Source: Dehalococcoidales bacterium
Lineage (GTDB): Bacteria > Chloroflexota > Dehalococcoidia > Dehalococcoidales > UBA2162
Reading direction: 5' to 3'
Length of the DNA stretch: 64,000 nt
Assembly (NCBI GenBank): GCA_030690265.1
Contig: JAUYHA010000109.1
Coordinates: 368-64,367 of the forward strand
Of this stretch, positions 52,319-61,964 are shown piece by piece. Positions within the stretch are counted from its first letter, which is position 1; each line of letters opens with the position of its first letter. Both the position numbers and the translations under genes were made by a program. The notes under the pieces were generated by a model. That model made no database searches. It worked only from the letters and a program-made list of their open reading frames with translations, and had not been told where the DNA came from.

Positions 52319-54058
52319 ATGCTAAAAACTATGAATCAAATGGACCCGGTTATTGGAATTGCTATTTTACTGGCAGCAGCCCTGGTAGGCGGAATGATAG
52401 CCCACCGGCTGAACCAGCCAGTTATACTGGGCTACCTTGTAGTCGGGGTGGCTGTTGGTCCCTACGCCCTTAGTCTGGTGGATGACCTGGAACTAATCGA
52501 AGCTGCAGCAACTATGGGGGTTGCTCTATTGATGCTTACTCTGGGATTGGAAATTTCCATCGGTCAACTAAAGCAGGTGGGGAAAGTGGGGCTGTGGGGT
52601 GGCATAATTCAAATTCTGGTTACCTTTGCCCTGGGCTTACTGGCGGGTTTTCTTTTATTCAAATGGCCGTTAGTCCAGGCATTCTTATTCGGGCTGGTTA
52701 TCTCTCTTAGCAGCACCATGGTTTGTCTCAAGGTATTGATGGAGAGGGGCGAACTCGATTCCGTGCACGGCCAGATTATGATTTCGATTCTTATTCTTCA
52801 GGACATTAGCGTGGTTTTGATTGCGGTATTAATACATCTCCTGGGCGGCAGCGTAGAAAACCTACCCCTCACGCTGGCTTCAACCGCAGGGGCGATAGCT
52901 CTTTCTGTTGGGATAGCTATTGTCTCCGGACTCTGGGTGCTTCCCTGGCTGATGGGTAGGGTTGGCGGAATCCGGTCTCGCGAGCTGTTTCTGCTAATCG
53001 TTCTGGTACTGGGTTTAGGAACCGCCCTGGCTACCCAGATTTTTGGACTCTCGGTAATCTTCGGGGCTTTTATAGTTGGCCTGGTGCTGCGGGAGACAAG
53101 ATTTGCTCACCAGGCACTGGCTGAAATTACCCCGTTGCGGGATATTTTCGCCACTCTATTTTTTGTTTCTCTGGGTATGTTACTAAGCCCGAGATTTGTA
53201 CTTGAAAACTGGGGAGCAATCGCCGCAACAGTAGCCCTTATTTTCCTGATAAAAACTCTGGTTGTTTTTGGCGTCGTTTACTTCTTCGGCTATAGCAGGC
53301 GGATAGCCGTCTTCACCAGTGTTGGTCTTTTCCAGGTCGGGGAGTTCAGCTTCATTTTAGCCCAAACTGGAGTTAACGAAGGCATAATTACAGACCAGTT
53401 CTATTCATTGGTTCTAGCCAGCGCCATTGTTAGCATGATACTGACGCCGTTATTAATGGACTTGGTTTCGTGGTTGTATCCCAGGTTAACGCAGGCTCTG
53501 GCTGGCGGTGAAATAATAATAGAGGATGCCGAGACTTTGCCCTCCGCCAAGCCAGCACAGGCCGTAGGCTCGGTGGTAATCGCCGGCTACGGGAGAGTGG
53601 GACAGAATATAGCCAAAGGCCTGCAAGATGCTCGAGTACCTTTTACTGTTATCGAGATTGACCCTGAGCGCATTTTTGATTTACGCTGTGAGCAGGTATC
53701 CTGTGTTTATGGAGATGCCAGTAATATTCATGTCCTTTCCAGAGTTGACCTGGCAAAAGCTAAGGTATTGGTGGTGACCTTCCCTGACCCGCAGGCAGTG
53801 GTGACGACCGTTACCACTGCCTTAAAAAAGAACCCAAAACTCAAGATTGTGGCACGGGTTCACCGGGCGAGAGATGCTGAACTGCTTAAAAGTCTGGGAG
53901 TAACCGAGCTGGTAAGTCCAGAGTATGTTGCCAGTCTGGAATTTCTGGACAGAGTTTTGTCTCTCTCTGGCTGGAAAGAGGCTAAAATTGAGCATACTTT
54001 AGATGAAGTGCGGCAGGACAAGGAAATTGCTGAATTCAGCTCCGAGGAGGAAGTATAA
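52319..54058 (+). CDS. CPA2-family cation:proton antiporter with C-terminal RCK/TrkA-N domain (KefB/KefC-like)
   Basis: 12-13 TM Na_H_Exchanger region plus a VVIAGYGRVGQNIAKGL Rossmann motif. Confidence 0.9.
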   Translation: MLKTMNQMDPVIGIAILLAAALVGGMIAHRLNQPVILGYLVVGVAVGPYALSLVDDLELIEAAATMGVALLMLTLGLEISIGQLKQVGKVGLWGGIIQILVTFALGLLAGFLLFKWPLVQAFLFGLVISLSSTMVCLKVLMERGELDSVHGQIMISILILQDISVVLIAVLIHLLGGSVENLPLTLASTAGAIALSVGIAIVSGLWVLPWLMGRVGGIRSRELFLLIVLVLGLGTALATQIFGLSVIFGAFIVGLVLRETRFAHQALAEITPLRDIFATLFFVSLGMLLSPRFVLENWGAIAATVALIFLIKTLVVFGVVYFFGYSRRIAVFTSVGLFQVGEFSFILAQTGVNEGIITDQFYSLVLASAIVSMILTPLLMDLVSWLYPRLTQALAGGEIIIEDAETLPSAKPAQAVGSVVIAGYGRVGQNIAKGLQDARVPFTVIEIDPERIFDLRCEQVSCVYGDASNIHVLSRVDLAKAKVLVVTFPDPQAVVTTVTTALKKNPKLKIVARVHRARDAELLKSLGVTELVSPEYVASLEFLDRVLSLSGWKEAKIEHTLDEVRQDKEIAEFSSEEEV

Positions 54059-54078
54059 CCAGACTAGAGGAGGTAATA

Positions 54079-55119
54079 ATGGCTAAAACCAGGGTAGGTA
54101 TCATTAATGTTACCGGTTACGCCGGCGTGGAGCTGGCAAGATTGCTCTATCAGCACCCGCAGGTAGAGCTTAGGTCAGTTACGGGAAGAAGCGCCGCCGG
54201 GCAGAAACTGGGCACGGTTTTCCCCCACCTGGCTGGATTAGACCTCACCATTGAAGCCGAGCTGGGAGAGGTGGATTTAGCCTTTTCGGCTATGCCTCAT
54301 AAGGATAGTGCCGGAGAAGTCATCCCGCTGCTCAATCGCGGCATTAAGGTGGTGGATATTAGCGCTGATTTCAGGCTGAAAGATGCTGCCGAGTACCCGG
54401 CTTGGTATGGCTTTGCTCACCCTGCTCCGGAACTGTTGAAGCAGGCGGCATTCGGCTTACCGGAACTGCACAAGCCTGAGATTGCCTCGGCTCAACTGGT
54501 GGCAAATCCCGGTTGCTATCCTACCGGGGCGATTCTGGCTCTAGCTCCGGTAGTTAAAGCCGGACTTATTGAACCTGACATTATTATTGATAGCAAGTCC
54601 GGTATCTCCGGAGCCGGTAGAACCCTCAGCCTGACAACCCATTACTCGGAGGCTAATGAAGATGTTACCGCCTATGCCCTGGAAGGGCACCGCCATTTAC
54701 CCGAGATTAGCCAGGAGCTAAAGCTGCTCTGTCCCGAACAATCACTCTCGGTAACTTTTGTCCCCCACCTGGTACCGATGACCCGGGGAATACTGACCAC
54801 CGCCTATGGCAGGCTATCTTCGGGCAAAGTTGCTCCGGGGGAAAAGGGGAAGAAAGAGCTGATGGACCTCTACCGGGACTTTTACAGGGATGCACCATTT
54901 GTCAGGGTGGTGGACTTCTCTCCCCATACCAAGCATACCTGGGGGAACAATAATTGCTTCATTTACCCCACCCTTGACCCTAAGGGTGAGAAGCTGATAG
55001 CTATCAGTGCTATTGACAACCTGGTTAAAGGGGCAGCCGGGCAGGCAATCCAGAATATGAACCTGATGCTCGGATTACCTGAAACCGCGGGGCTTGAGGC
55101 AGTGGCGGTTTACCCTTAA
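54079..55119 (+). CDS. argC: N-acetyl-gamma-glutamyl-phosphate reductase
   Basis: VGIINVTGYAGVELARLL and the catalytic NPGCYPT motif. Size 346 aa. Confidence 0.95.
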   Translation: MAKTRVGIINVTGYAGVELARLLYQHPQVELRSVTGRSAAGQKLGTVFPHLAGLDLTIEAELGEVDLAFSAMPHKDSAGEVIPLLNRGIKVVDISADFRLKDAAEYPAWYGFAHPAPELLKQAAFGLPELHKPEIASAQLVANPGCYPTGAILALAPVVKAGLIEPDIIIDSKSGISGAGRTLSLTTHYSEANEDVTAYALEGHRHLPEISQELKLLCPEQSLSVTFVPHLVPMTRGILTTAYGRLSSGKVAPGEKGKKELMDLYRDFYRDAPFVRVVDFSPHTKHTWGNNNCFIYPTLDPKGEKLIAISAIDNLVKGAAGQAIQNMNLMLGLPETAGLEAVAVYP

Positions 55120-55316
55120 AATTTCCTGAAGTTTATATGATTCGACGCTTATCAACCGTCCATCGCTGCCACATCCTCTCATGTTGTGAGTTGTTGCTTC
55201 TTCTTTACCATGATGTTAGTCGTACTACTTTGACATAGCTACCCATTTTAGAAAACAGAGTTTTCCCTATGCCGTAATAAATAATGCTAAAATTAGCCAA
55301 AATATTCAGGAGGTGT

Positions 55317-56390
55317 ATGATGCCTGTCAAAGCATACTATCTGGCGCCAGACGGTCAGCTCAATCGTAGCCTCAGCAAAGAAGAAATTAAAGCCGCCTTT
55401 GAATCTAAAGAAGGCCTGCTCTGGGTGGATATTGCTGAGACCACAGAAGACGATGGTAGATTTCTGGAAGAAACCTTTCGTTTTCACCATCTTGCCCTAG
55501 AAGATTGCGTGAGTCCACTTGTCCACTCCCCGAAGATTGACGACTTTGGTGACTACCTGTTCATCGTAATTCACGGCATTAACTATGCTGTGGCATCAGA
55601 GATAGTAGAAACGGCAGAGCTGGCGATATTCCTCGGTCAGCACTTCGTGGTCAGCAATCACAATTTCCCGCTGTTCAGCGTTGACGCCGTCAGACAGCGT
55701 GTGGAGGATGATGGCAGGCCAATGAGGCGCGGGGCTGATTTTCTTGTTCATGCCTTATCCGACTTGCTGATTGACAATGTTCTACCTACCGTAGATAAGA
55801 CGACCGAGATTGTCGGGGAGATTGAAGAGGAGACAATTCGTAACCCGCAACCCGAGGTGCTGGAGGCAATTCTCAAGCTCAAGCGTTCCACGCTACGGAT
55901 ACATCGGGTGATGGCTCCCCAGCGAGAGGTATTTAATCGGCTGAGCCGGGGCGAGTTCCCGCTGATAAGGAGCGAGACCCAGATATTCTACCGTGATATC
56001 TACGACCATGTAGTGCGTATTGAAGACCTGAATCAGACCATCGGAGACAGAGCTGACAATGCCCTGGCTACCTATCTTTCATCGGTAGCCAACCGTCAGA
56101 ACGAAACAATGAGAACGCTTGCCATTGTGGCTACTGTCTTCATGCCGCTTACCCTGCTGGCCGGTATTTACGGTATGAACTTCGAGAATATGCCCGAGCT
56201 GAACTGGGAATGGGGCTATTTCGGTGTCCTCGGGCTCATGATTACCACTGTAGCAATCACAGTGTGGCATTTCTGGTCAAGGGGCTGGATTGGCTGGGGG
56301 AGGCGCCAGATGCGCCGGGTAATCAGCCTGGCAGTTAATCCCGAGCGACTCATTGGCTATGTTAAGCCTGTTACAAGGAGAAATCACTAG
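55317..56390 (+). CDS. corA: CorA-family Mg2+/Co2+ transporter
   Basis: YGMNF (GMN) motif between two C-terminal TM helices. AGGAGG at 55308-55313. Start is ATG 55317 or 55320. Confidence 0.9.
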   Translation: MMPVKAYYLAPDGQLNRSLSKEEIKAAFESKEGLLWVDIAETTEDDGRFLEETFRFHHLALEDCVSPLVHSPKIDDFGDYLFIVIHGINYAVASEIVETAELAIFLGQHFVVSNHNFPLFSVDAVRQRVEDDGRPMRRGADFLVHALSDLLIDNVLPTVDKTTEIVGEIEEETIRNPQPEVLEAILKLKRSTLRIHRVMAPQREVFNRLSRGEFPLIRSETQIFYRDIYDHVVRIEDLNQTIGDRADNALATYLSSVANRQNETMRTLAIVATVFMPLTLLAGIYGMNFENMPELNWEWGYFGVLGLMITTVAITVWHFWSRGWIGWGRRQMRRVISLAVNPERLIGYVKPVTRRNH

Positions 56391-56452
56391 CTCTACAGGG
56401 TAGACGTTTTTCAATAATAACTACTCAATACTATGGAGGAGGAGACCTGGCT

Positions 56453-56551
56453 ATGAAAAAATTATCATCAATAGTACATATTCCGGATGCATCACGGCGG
56501 GAGGCTATACTGCACAAGATTGATATAATAATCACAGGAGGTTTTCAGTAA
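56453..56551 (+). CDS. 32-aa upstream ORF, translationally coupled (TAATG) to the MscS-like gene
   Basis: GGAGGAGGAG plus 8 nt plus ATG. Translation is MKKLSSIVHIPDASRREAILHKIDIIITGGFQ*. The stop overlaps the ATG at 56551 by one base. Confidence 0.3.
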   Translation: MKKLSSIVHIPDASRREAILHKIDIIITGGFQ

Positions 56552-57051
56552 TGGACATGACCTATTTTCTCAAAGTGATACTGCCGACCATCATCGTTAT
56601 CGTGTTGGCGGTAGTGGCTGAACGTATTCTATCGAGTCTCATTTCCCGGTATAGCCGGACCAGAGGGTTACCTACCTCACATGCTTATCTCATCAAGCTT
56701 GTTGCTAGATGGTCAGTGGTCGTGGTGGTGATAATCATGGTTGCCAGCATCTTTGGCGCCGGCGTAGGCAGTCTCTGGGCGACAATAACCGGCATTTTAG
56801 CCATGGTCATCATCGGTTTCTTTGCCATGTGGAGCGTGCTATCCAATGTACTGGCTACGGTCGTCGTACTGGTCGCCCGGCCGTTTGTTATCGGCGACCG
56901 CATAACCATTTTGCCGGAAAACATCTCCGGCAAGGCGATTGATATTAACCTGCTCTACGGTAAGCTGAGAACAGACGATGGACAGATTATGATTGTCCCG
57001 AATATCACTTTTCTGACCAAGTTCGTTTCCGTCGCATCATCCAAAAAGTAA
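56551..57051 (+). CDS. Small MscS-family mechanosensitive channel protein
   Basis: Three TM helices, followed by ARPFVIGDRITI...GKAIDINLLYGKLRTDDGQIMIVPN (the MscS beta-domain motif). Confidence 0.65.
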   Translation: MDMTYFLKVILPTIIVIVLAVVAERILSSLISRYSRTRGLPTSHAYLIKLVARWSVVVVVIIMVASIFGAGVGSLWATITGILAMVIIGFFAMWSVLSNVLATVVVLVARPFVIGDRITILPENISGKAIDINLLYGKLRTDDGQIMIVPNITFLTKFVSVASSKK

Positions 57052-57423
57052 CCCCCTGTTTCGGCTGGCAATAACCATTTCTTTAGCTTGAAATAGATTA
57101 GCCTAACTATGTCTGCCGCGGTTCTCAAGCTCATGGTATACTGTGTGAACAGGAAGTCCATCTTTGGGGATGGCTTCATTTGGTGTCTTCATGGCTGGCC
57201 ACTCTGGACAGCTCCCGAACTTTCATTCGAGAAGAGGGAACTCATTCCGCAGGTGCAACAGCTGCTTCGCAAGCTGGTTTCCCACGGGCTATTGCTGGAA
57301 CCTTTTGAGCGGGCGGCAGTGGGTCTGCGGGAGGTCTACAAGGGAAAGATCTCTACCTCTCCACAGAACGGTCAGAAAGCTTGAGCGCGCTGACCGGCAA
57401 CATGAAGGTTACACTGATAACCT

Positions 57424-59277
57424 ATGGCTAAAGAGCAACAGGACGATAAGAAATGGTGGCAGACGAGAGACGGTGCTGTGGAGTCGAGGGCGCACTGGCT
57501 AGCGGTTTTCCGCCGCAGGCTACCTATTCAAGAGCACGACCCAACCACGGCTGACTATGCCCCCTGGACGCTCACTTGTTGTCAACAGGTGGAGTAGGTT
57601 TGGCAGATATTCTGTCCGGAGGCCTGCCCGTCTTTCCAACCAATAACCTCTTCGCCAATCAGACTATAGAACCACTCAGAGGGTCTGTTTCTTTGGCTGG
57701 TGTTCTGCTGAATGAAGATTCTCCTCAAACGACTATTCCATTCACATCCACAGCAGAAGACAGGATGTGGGAATTGCTCAAGATGAAGAGCGCTGAGCCG
57801 GAGATTCCGCTGGCCAAACGGCTGGCCTACCTGCTTCAACCGCCAAAGGAGTGGCTACTCTCACCTGAAGGTCCTCTTGAATGGCCACATCAGCCTTTCC
57901 CCTACCAGTTGGAGGGTATCGAGGTGCTGATTTCCAGGGATAGTCTGCTGCTGGCAGATGATATGGGATTGGGTAAGACTGTCCAGGCTATTGCCGCTCT
58001 GCGTATACTTGTTCATCAGCACCACGTACAGCAGGCGTTAATAGTAGTCCCGGCTAGCCTAGTAATTCAATGGCGAAAAGAATTGCGCCTCTGGGCACCG
58101 GAGTTGCGCATTTCCACAGTGCAGGGTCTGGCCCACAAAAGGGCTTATCAATGGAGCACTCAGGCACATGTATTCCTGACTGGCTATGAAACCCTGCGGG
58201 AAGACTTCACTAACAATCCCCAGTCGCCGCCCCATCGCCTGACCTGGGACCTAGTAATCCCGGACGAAGCCCAGAAGATAAAGAACAAGGATACCGAAAT
58301 CAGCCAGAAATGCAAGCGCCTTCCTCGAAGACGGGCATGGATCCTCACCGGCACCCCACTGGAGAACACTCCCGATGACCTGGCTTCAATACTGGAGTTT
58401 ACGAGGCCTCTACGCGAGGGCGAACACCTGCCCACGCTGACCCCTGGCCCAAACATGAGAGAAATACACCCAGGGACTTCAACTCCGCAGGAAAAAGGGC
58501 GACGTCCTCAAGCAGCTACCACCCAAAACCATTGCCACCATTGCTTTGCCCTTGGAGCGTGAGCAACGGGAGACTTACGAAAAGGCGGAAAGAGAAGGCA
58601 TCCTGCAGTTAAGGGGAAAAGGGCAATACCTACGCATCTAGAACGTCCTGGAGCTGATTCTGAGGCTCAAGCAGATATGCAATTTCTGTCCCAGGACAGG
58701 TCAGCCCAGCAAACTTGAGGATATACAAAATCGGTTGCCTACACTGGTGTCGGAGGGTCACAGGGCCATCTTATTTTCTCAGTTCACAGATAGTCAATAT
58801 GGCGTCCAGGCAATTGTAAGTAGGCTCAGGTCATTTTCCCCACCCGTCTTTACAGGCGCATTATCCATTCAGCAAAAGAATGTTGTGCTCCATAGATTCA
58901 AGTCAGATTCGAGCCGGAAGGTTCTGGTACTTTCCTTGCGTGCTGGAGGTCTGGGGTTGAATCTCCAGGAAGCCTCTTACGTTTTTCACTTTGACCGCTG
59001 GTGGAACCCAGCCGTAGAGCATCAGGCCGAAGACCGCACATACCGCCTGGGGCAGACCTCTCCAGTACACGTGTATCAGTATACCTGTGAGAATACGATT
59101 GAGGAAAGGATTGAGCAAATTCTCATCGAGAAGCAAGCTCTCTTTGACGAGCTTGTGGATGACGTCTCGATTGATTTGAAGTCCCGACTGACTGCGGAAG
59201 AGTTGTTTGGCCTCTTTGGTCTGGCCCCGCCCGATAGGTCAAAGGGAGCGGACAAGGGCGAGGGCAATCTGAAATAG
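57424..59277 (+). pseudogene. Disrupted SNF2/RAD54-family helicase (at least two frameshifts and one in-frame TAG)
   Basis: The frame-1 N-terminus MAKEQQ... stops at 57595-57597. The SNF2_N part (DDMGLGKTVQAIA, DEAQKIKN) lies in another frame, 57576-58562. RRKKGDVLKQLPPK...ICNFC...helicase-C (LSLRAGGLGLNLQEASYVFHFDRWWNPA..QAEDRTYRLGQ) lies in frame 1 from about 58459, with TAG at 58639-58641. Confidence 0.75.
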
Positions 59278-59424
59278 CTGTAAACTTCCACTACTTAAAT
59301 TGAGACTTTCGGAGACCTTATGAGCGGCACAGAGACCAAATTGTACGCTTGTCCAACGAAAGCTTAACCCGTTTACTTTGCACATTAGCAGACTGCTGAA
59401 ATAGTCATTGTGAACCCCCTAAAT

Positions 59425-59468
59425 CCCCCAGTCTTGGGGGAGTTTATGTCTGGGGGACACCCCCAGAC
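59425..59468. repeat. Pair of GC-rich palindromic hairpins (intergenic repeat family, copy 2)
   Basis: ccccca/tggggg (59425-59440) and gtctggggg/cccccagac (59448-59468). The second hairpin matches 36001-36020 at 15/20 positions, with a compensatory A:T to G:C change. Confidence 0.5.
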
Positions 59469-59635
59469 CCCCGAAAGGAGGTATCCTTTACCTCTTTTTC
59501 GGCAATCTCATTAGGGCGGATTGTGCAGCGAGGTTCGGGTCTCATAGATTGCATTACTAAATAATCGGATATAAAATCTATTCAGTTAGATGATGGCAGC
59601 TTAGCAAGTGTCTTAGCCTGAGTAAGAGAATAAAA

Positions 59636-60412
59636 ATGGGGAAAATCATCGCTGTAGCCCAGCACAAGGGCGGAACAGGGAAGACTACCACTTGCATTAA
59701 CCTGGGGGCAAGTCTCTGCGATATGGGCAAGACCGTCCTCGTCGTAGACCTCGACCCTCAGGCATCATTTACGGTCAGCATGGGGATTAATCCTTTGCAG
59801 GTTGAGAAATCTATCCACCAGGTACTGGTTGACCCCAATGTGGATATGAAGAGCACCATATTAAGGAGGCCAACCCTCAACTTCTTCATAGTCCCATCTC
59901 ATGTGGATTTAGCTATGGCAGAATCAGAGCTGGCGGGGAGGATAGGGCGTGAGAAAGCTCTGCACAAAAAGCTAGCCCCTCTAAAGGAAGGTTTTGATTA
60001 TATCTTCATTGACTGCCCGCCCACATTAGGTATCCTTGTTGTCAATGCGCTGGCAGCTGCTGATAGTGTCCTCATACCCATCCAATGCGAGCCCCTTACT
60101 TTATACGGTGTAAAGCACCTCCTGCAGGTAATCAACCTCATCAGTGAAGAGGTGAACCCAGCTCTCAAGATAGAGGGTGTGCTCAGGACTATGTATGATA
60201 GGCGGACAAAACTGAGTGAGGAGGTGTCCGATAGCATCCAGCAGACCTTTGGCAACCTTGTCTTTTCCACAATCATATATCGGCACGTAAAGTTTGCTGA
60301 GGGACCGATTCATGAGATGCCGATAAACTTCTATGCCTCAAGGTCAGTAGGGGCTGACGAATACCGGAATCTGGCAAAGGAGATTCTTACCCATGAAACT
60401 CAAAAAACCTGA
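59636..60412 (+). CDS. parA: ParA/Soj/MinD-superfamily partition-type ATPase
   Basis: Deviant Walker A motif AVAQHKGGTGKTTT, VVDLDPQ, and FIDCPP. Confidence 0.9.
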   Translation: MGKIIAVAQHKGGTGKTTTCINLGASLCDMGKTVLVVDLDPQASFTVSMGINPLQVEKSIHQVLVDPNVDMKSTILRRPTLNFFIVPSHVDLAMAESELAGRIGREKALHKKLAPLKEGFDYIFIDCPPTLGILVVNALAAADSVLIPIQCEPLTLYGVKHLLQVINLISEEVNPALKIEGVLRTMYDRRTKLSEEVSDSIQQTFGNLVFSTIIYRHVKFAEGPIHEMPINFYASRSVGADEYRNLAKEILTHETQKT

Positions 60413-60926
60413 CAGAAGCGTTTCCAATATGGATGTGCTCAAAGATATCAGAGGGCTATTGTCTGTGACTCGAGAGCGAGAGGACGCAACGGCAGACGGA
60501 GTAAGAGGCGAGAGTGGTTTGGAAGCTGAGACGGCCAGGCTTGAGGCACAGATTAGAGGCTATAAGGAACTGGTTCAAAAGCAGCAGGAAGAGCTACACA
60601 GGGTAGAAAGTGAGAAAGAAGAATTTGCCGCAAGGTTAAAGGTGCTGGGCTCCGGTAAGGACAAACTCATATCTCCAGCGTCAAAGTCTGCGGCGCTGGG
60701 CGAGGAAGCTGCTCAACTTGAGGCAAGGATAGCTGAACTATCTTCGGCCTTGTCTCAAGTTGATGACTTACTTAAACTCAGAACCCAGGACCTGTTGAAG
60801 AGAATAGCCAGGCTTTTCCAAGAAGCCGGACAAAGCGATGTAGCTATAGAATTTAGAAAAGGAGCCGGCGAATTGGAAGACGTTGAGAACTTCGCCCACT
60901 TCCTGCGAGTGCTTCTTGAGCAATAA
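60393..60926 (+). CDS. Coiled-coil protein with a basic N-terminal tail, coupled to parA (not a recognisable ParB)
   Basis: 20-nt overlap with parA. AAGGAG lies 10 nt upstream. Heptad-rich, Glu/Gln/Leu-rich sequence. No ParB-N or HTH motifs seen. Confidence 0.5.
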   Translation: MKLKKPDRSVSNMDVLKDIRGLLSVTREREDATADGVRGESGLEAETARLEAQIRGYKELVQKQQEELHRVESEKEEFAARLKVLGSGKDKLISPASKSAALGEEAAQLEARIAELSSALSQVDDLLKLRTQDLLKRIARLFQEAGQSDVAIEFRKGAGELEDVENFAHFLRVLLEQ

Positions 60927-61051
60927 CGAAGACTCCTGACACGGCTAAACCAAAAGGGTAGATTAAAGCAACATTCCTACAGTCAGTTTTTGCACTTTTG
61001 CTTGTTTCAACTACCTGTCCTTCCTTTGACCGCCACTAAAGACAGCTTCTC

Positions 61052-61351
61052 TCAGTTACCTACTAAGAAGAGGAATCGCTCAGGGTTTTCAGAGCAGAAC
61101 AGGCGTTTCTCCTGGGCAGTCAGATGCTCCGTTCTGGAGAAAATATCCAGGTAGGCGTTGTACGAATCGATTGACATCAGGTTTACGGGAAAGTCCGTAC
61201 CGAACAGTATCCGATGCTGCAATTTCTGCTTGCGTGCTCGGTCAGGAAAACCGTCAATGACGCGCCTCAGGAGGCAATAGTAGTTGTCGCTCACGCTCCG
61301 GATGGAGAAGTCAACATAGACGCTCTCATTGTTGAGGACAAGTCTGACCAT
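61052..61351 (-). pseudogene. C-terminal fragment of an amidohydrolase-2 (TIM-barrel metal hydrolase) family gene
   Basis: RILFGTDFPVN...FCSENPERFL is the typical Amidohydro_2 C-terminus. Only 99 codons are present, and only 57 nt separate it from the upstream gene. Confidence 0.45.
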
Positions 61352-61408
61352 AGTTTTGAGAGCCTGAACCCTGGCCGGATTCAGGCCTTTGTCTTTTAGT
61401 AGGTAAAA

Positions 61409-61837
61409 CTAAAAGCTTTTCTCCACATGTAGACAGAGGAAGGTTTCGGTACCTTTTATCCCTTCTATCCCGGCTATATCCTTCTCCATAAAATTGAAAA
61501 GCTCCTCGGTAGAAGAAAACCACATTATAGCTATCGCATCAAAGCGTCCACTCGTAACATAAAGGCTTTTAACACGGTCCATTTTACGAAGCGTCTTACA
61601 AAACGAATTTAGCTGAGCGTGCTCTAACTCAAATGCTATAACGGTTATCAAGGGAAGGCCAATCTGCTTTGGCTCAGGGATTGCGACGACTCGTATTACC
61701 CCATTTTTAATAAGCTCTTTCATCCTTCGCCGGACTGTAGCAGAGCTTATAGGAAGCTGTTCAGCCAGTTTATTACTGGTCTGAGCGGCATTTTTCTCAA
61801 GCAGTGCTATTAATTTTGTATCGAGCAAATCAATCAT
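61409..61837 (-). CDS. Lrp/AsnC-family transcriptional regulator
   Basis: LDTKLIALLEKNAAQTSNKLAEQLPISSATVRRRMKELIKNGVI HTH plus a RAM domain. Confidence 0.85.
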   Translation of the reverse strand: MIDLLDTKLIALLEKNAAQTSNKLAEQLPISSATVRRRMKELIKNGVIRVVAIPEPKQIGLPLITVIAFELEHAQLNSFCKTLRKMDRVKSLYVTSGRFDAIAIMWFSSTEELFNFMEKDIAGIEGIKGTETFLCLHVEKSF

Positions 61838-61964
61838 ACTATGCCCTCTAATGCTGACAAAATAGCATTAATTGTGAGACTTTGCAAGTAAATCCGCCAA
61901 ACTATTGACTTTTAGTGTTTTATCATTACTGTTTCAAATATTCCTTTTCATCTTTCCCCTTTTG

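Noticed and set aside
55120-55316. Mg2+-sensing (M-box) or other riboswitch upstream of corA
   Set aside because: I saw no extended conserved helices or known riboswitch core sequence in the ~200-nt region. This was not testable without a covariance-model search.
57109-57502. Track ORFs 57109-57384 and 57164-57502 upstream of the SNF2 pseudogene
   Set aside because: They are mutually overlapping frames with no SD site and no recognisable family. They may be further debris of the decayed helicase locus and are not supportable as genes.
58639-58641. In-frame TAG in the SNF2 gene as possible recoding (e.g. pyrrolysine) or an alternative genetic code
   Set aside because: The same gene also carries frameshifts. 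TAG is used as an ordinary stop elsewhere, for example at 569-571. No pyl genes are present, so a pseudogene is the simpler explanation.
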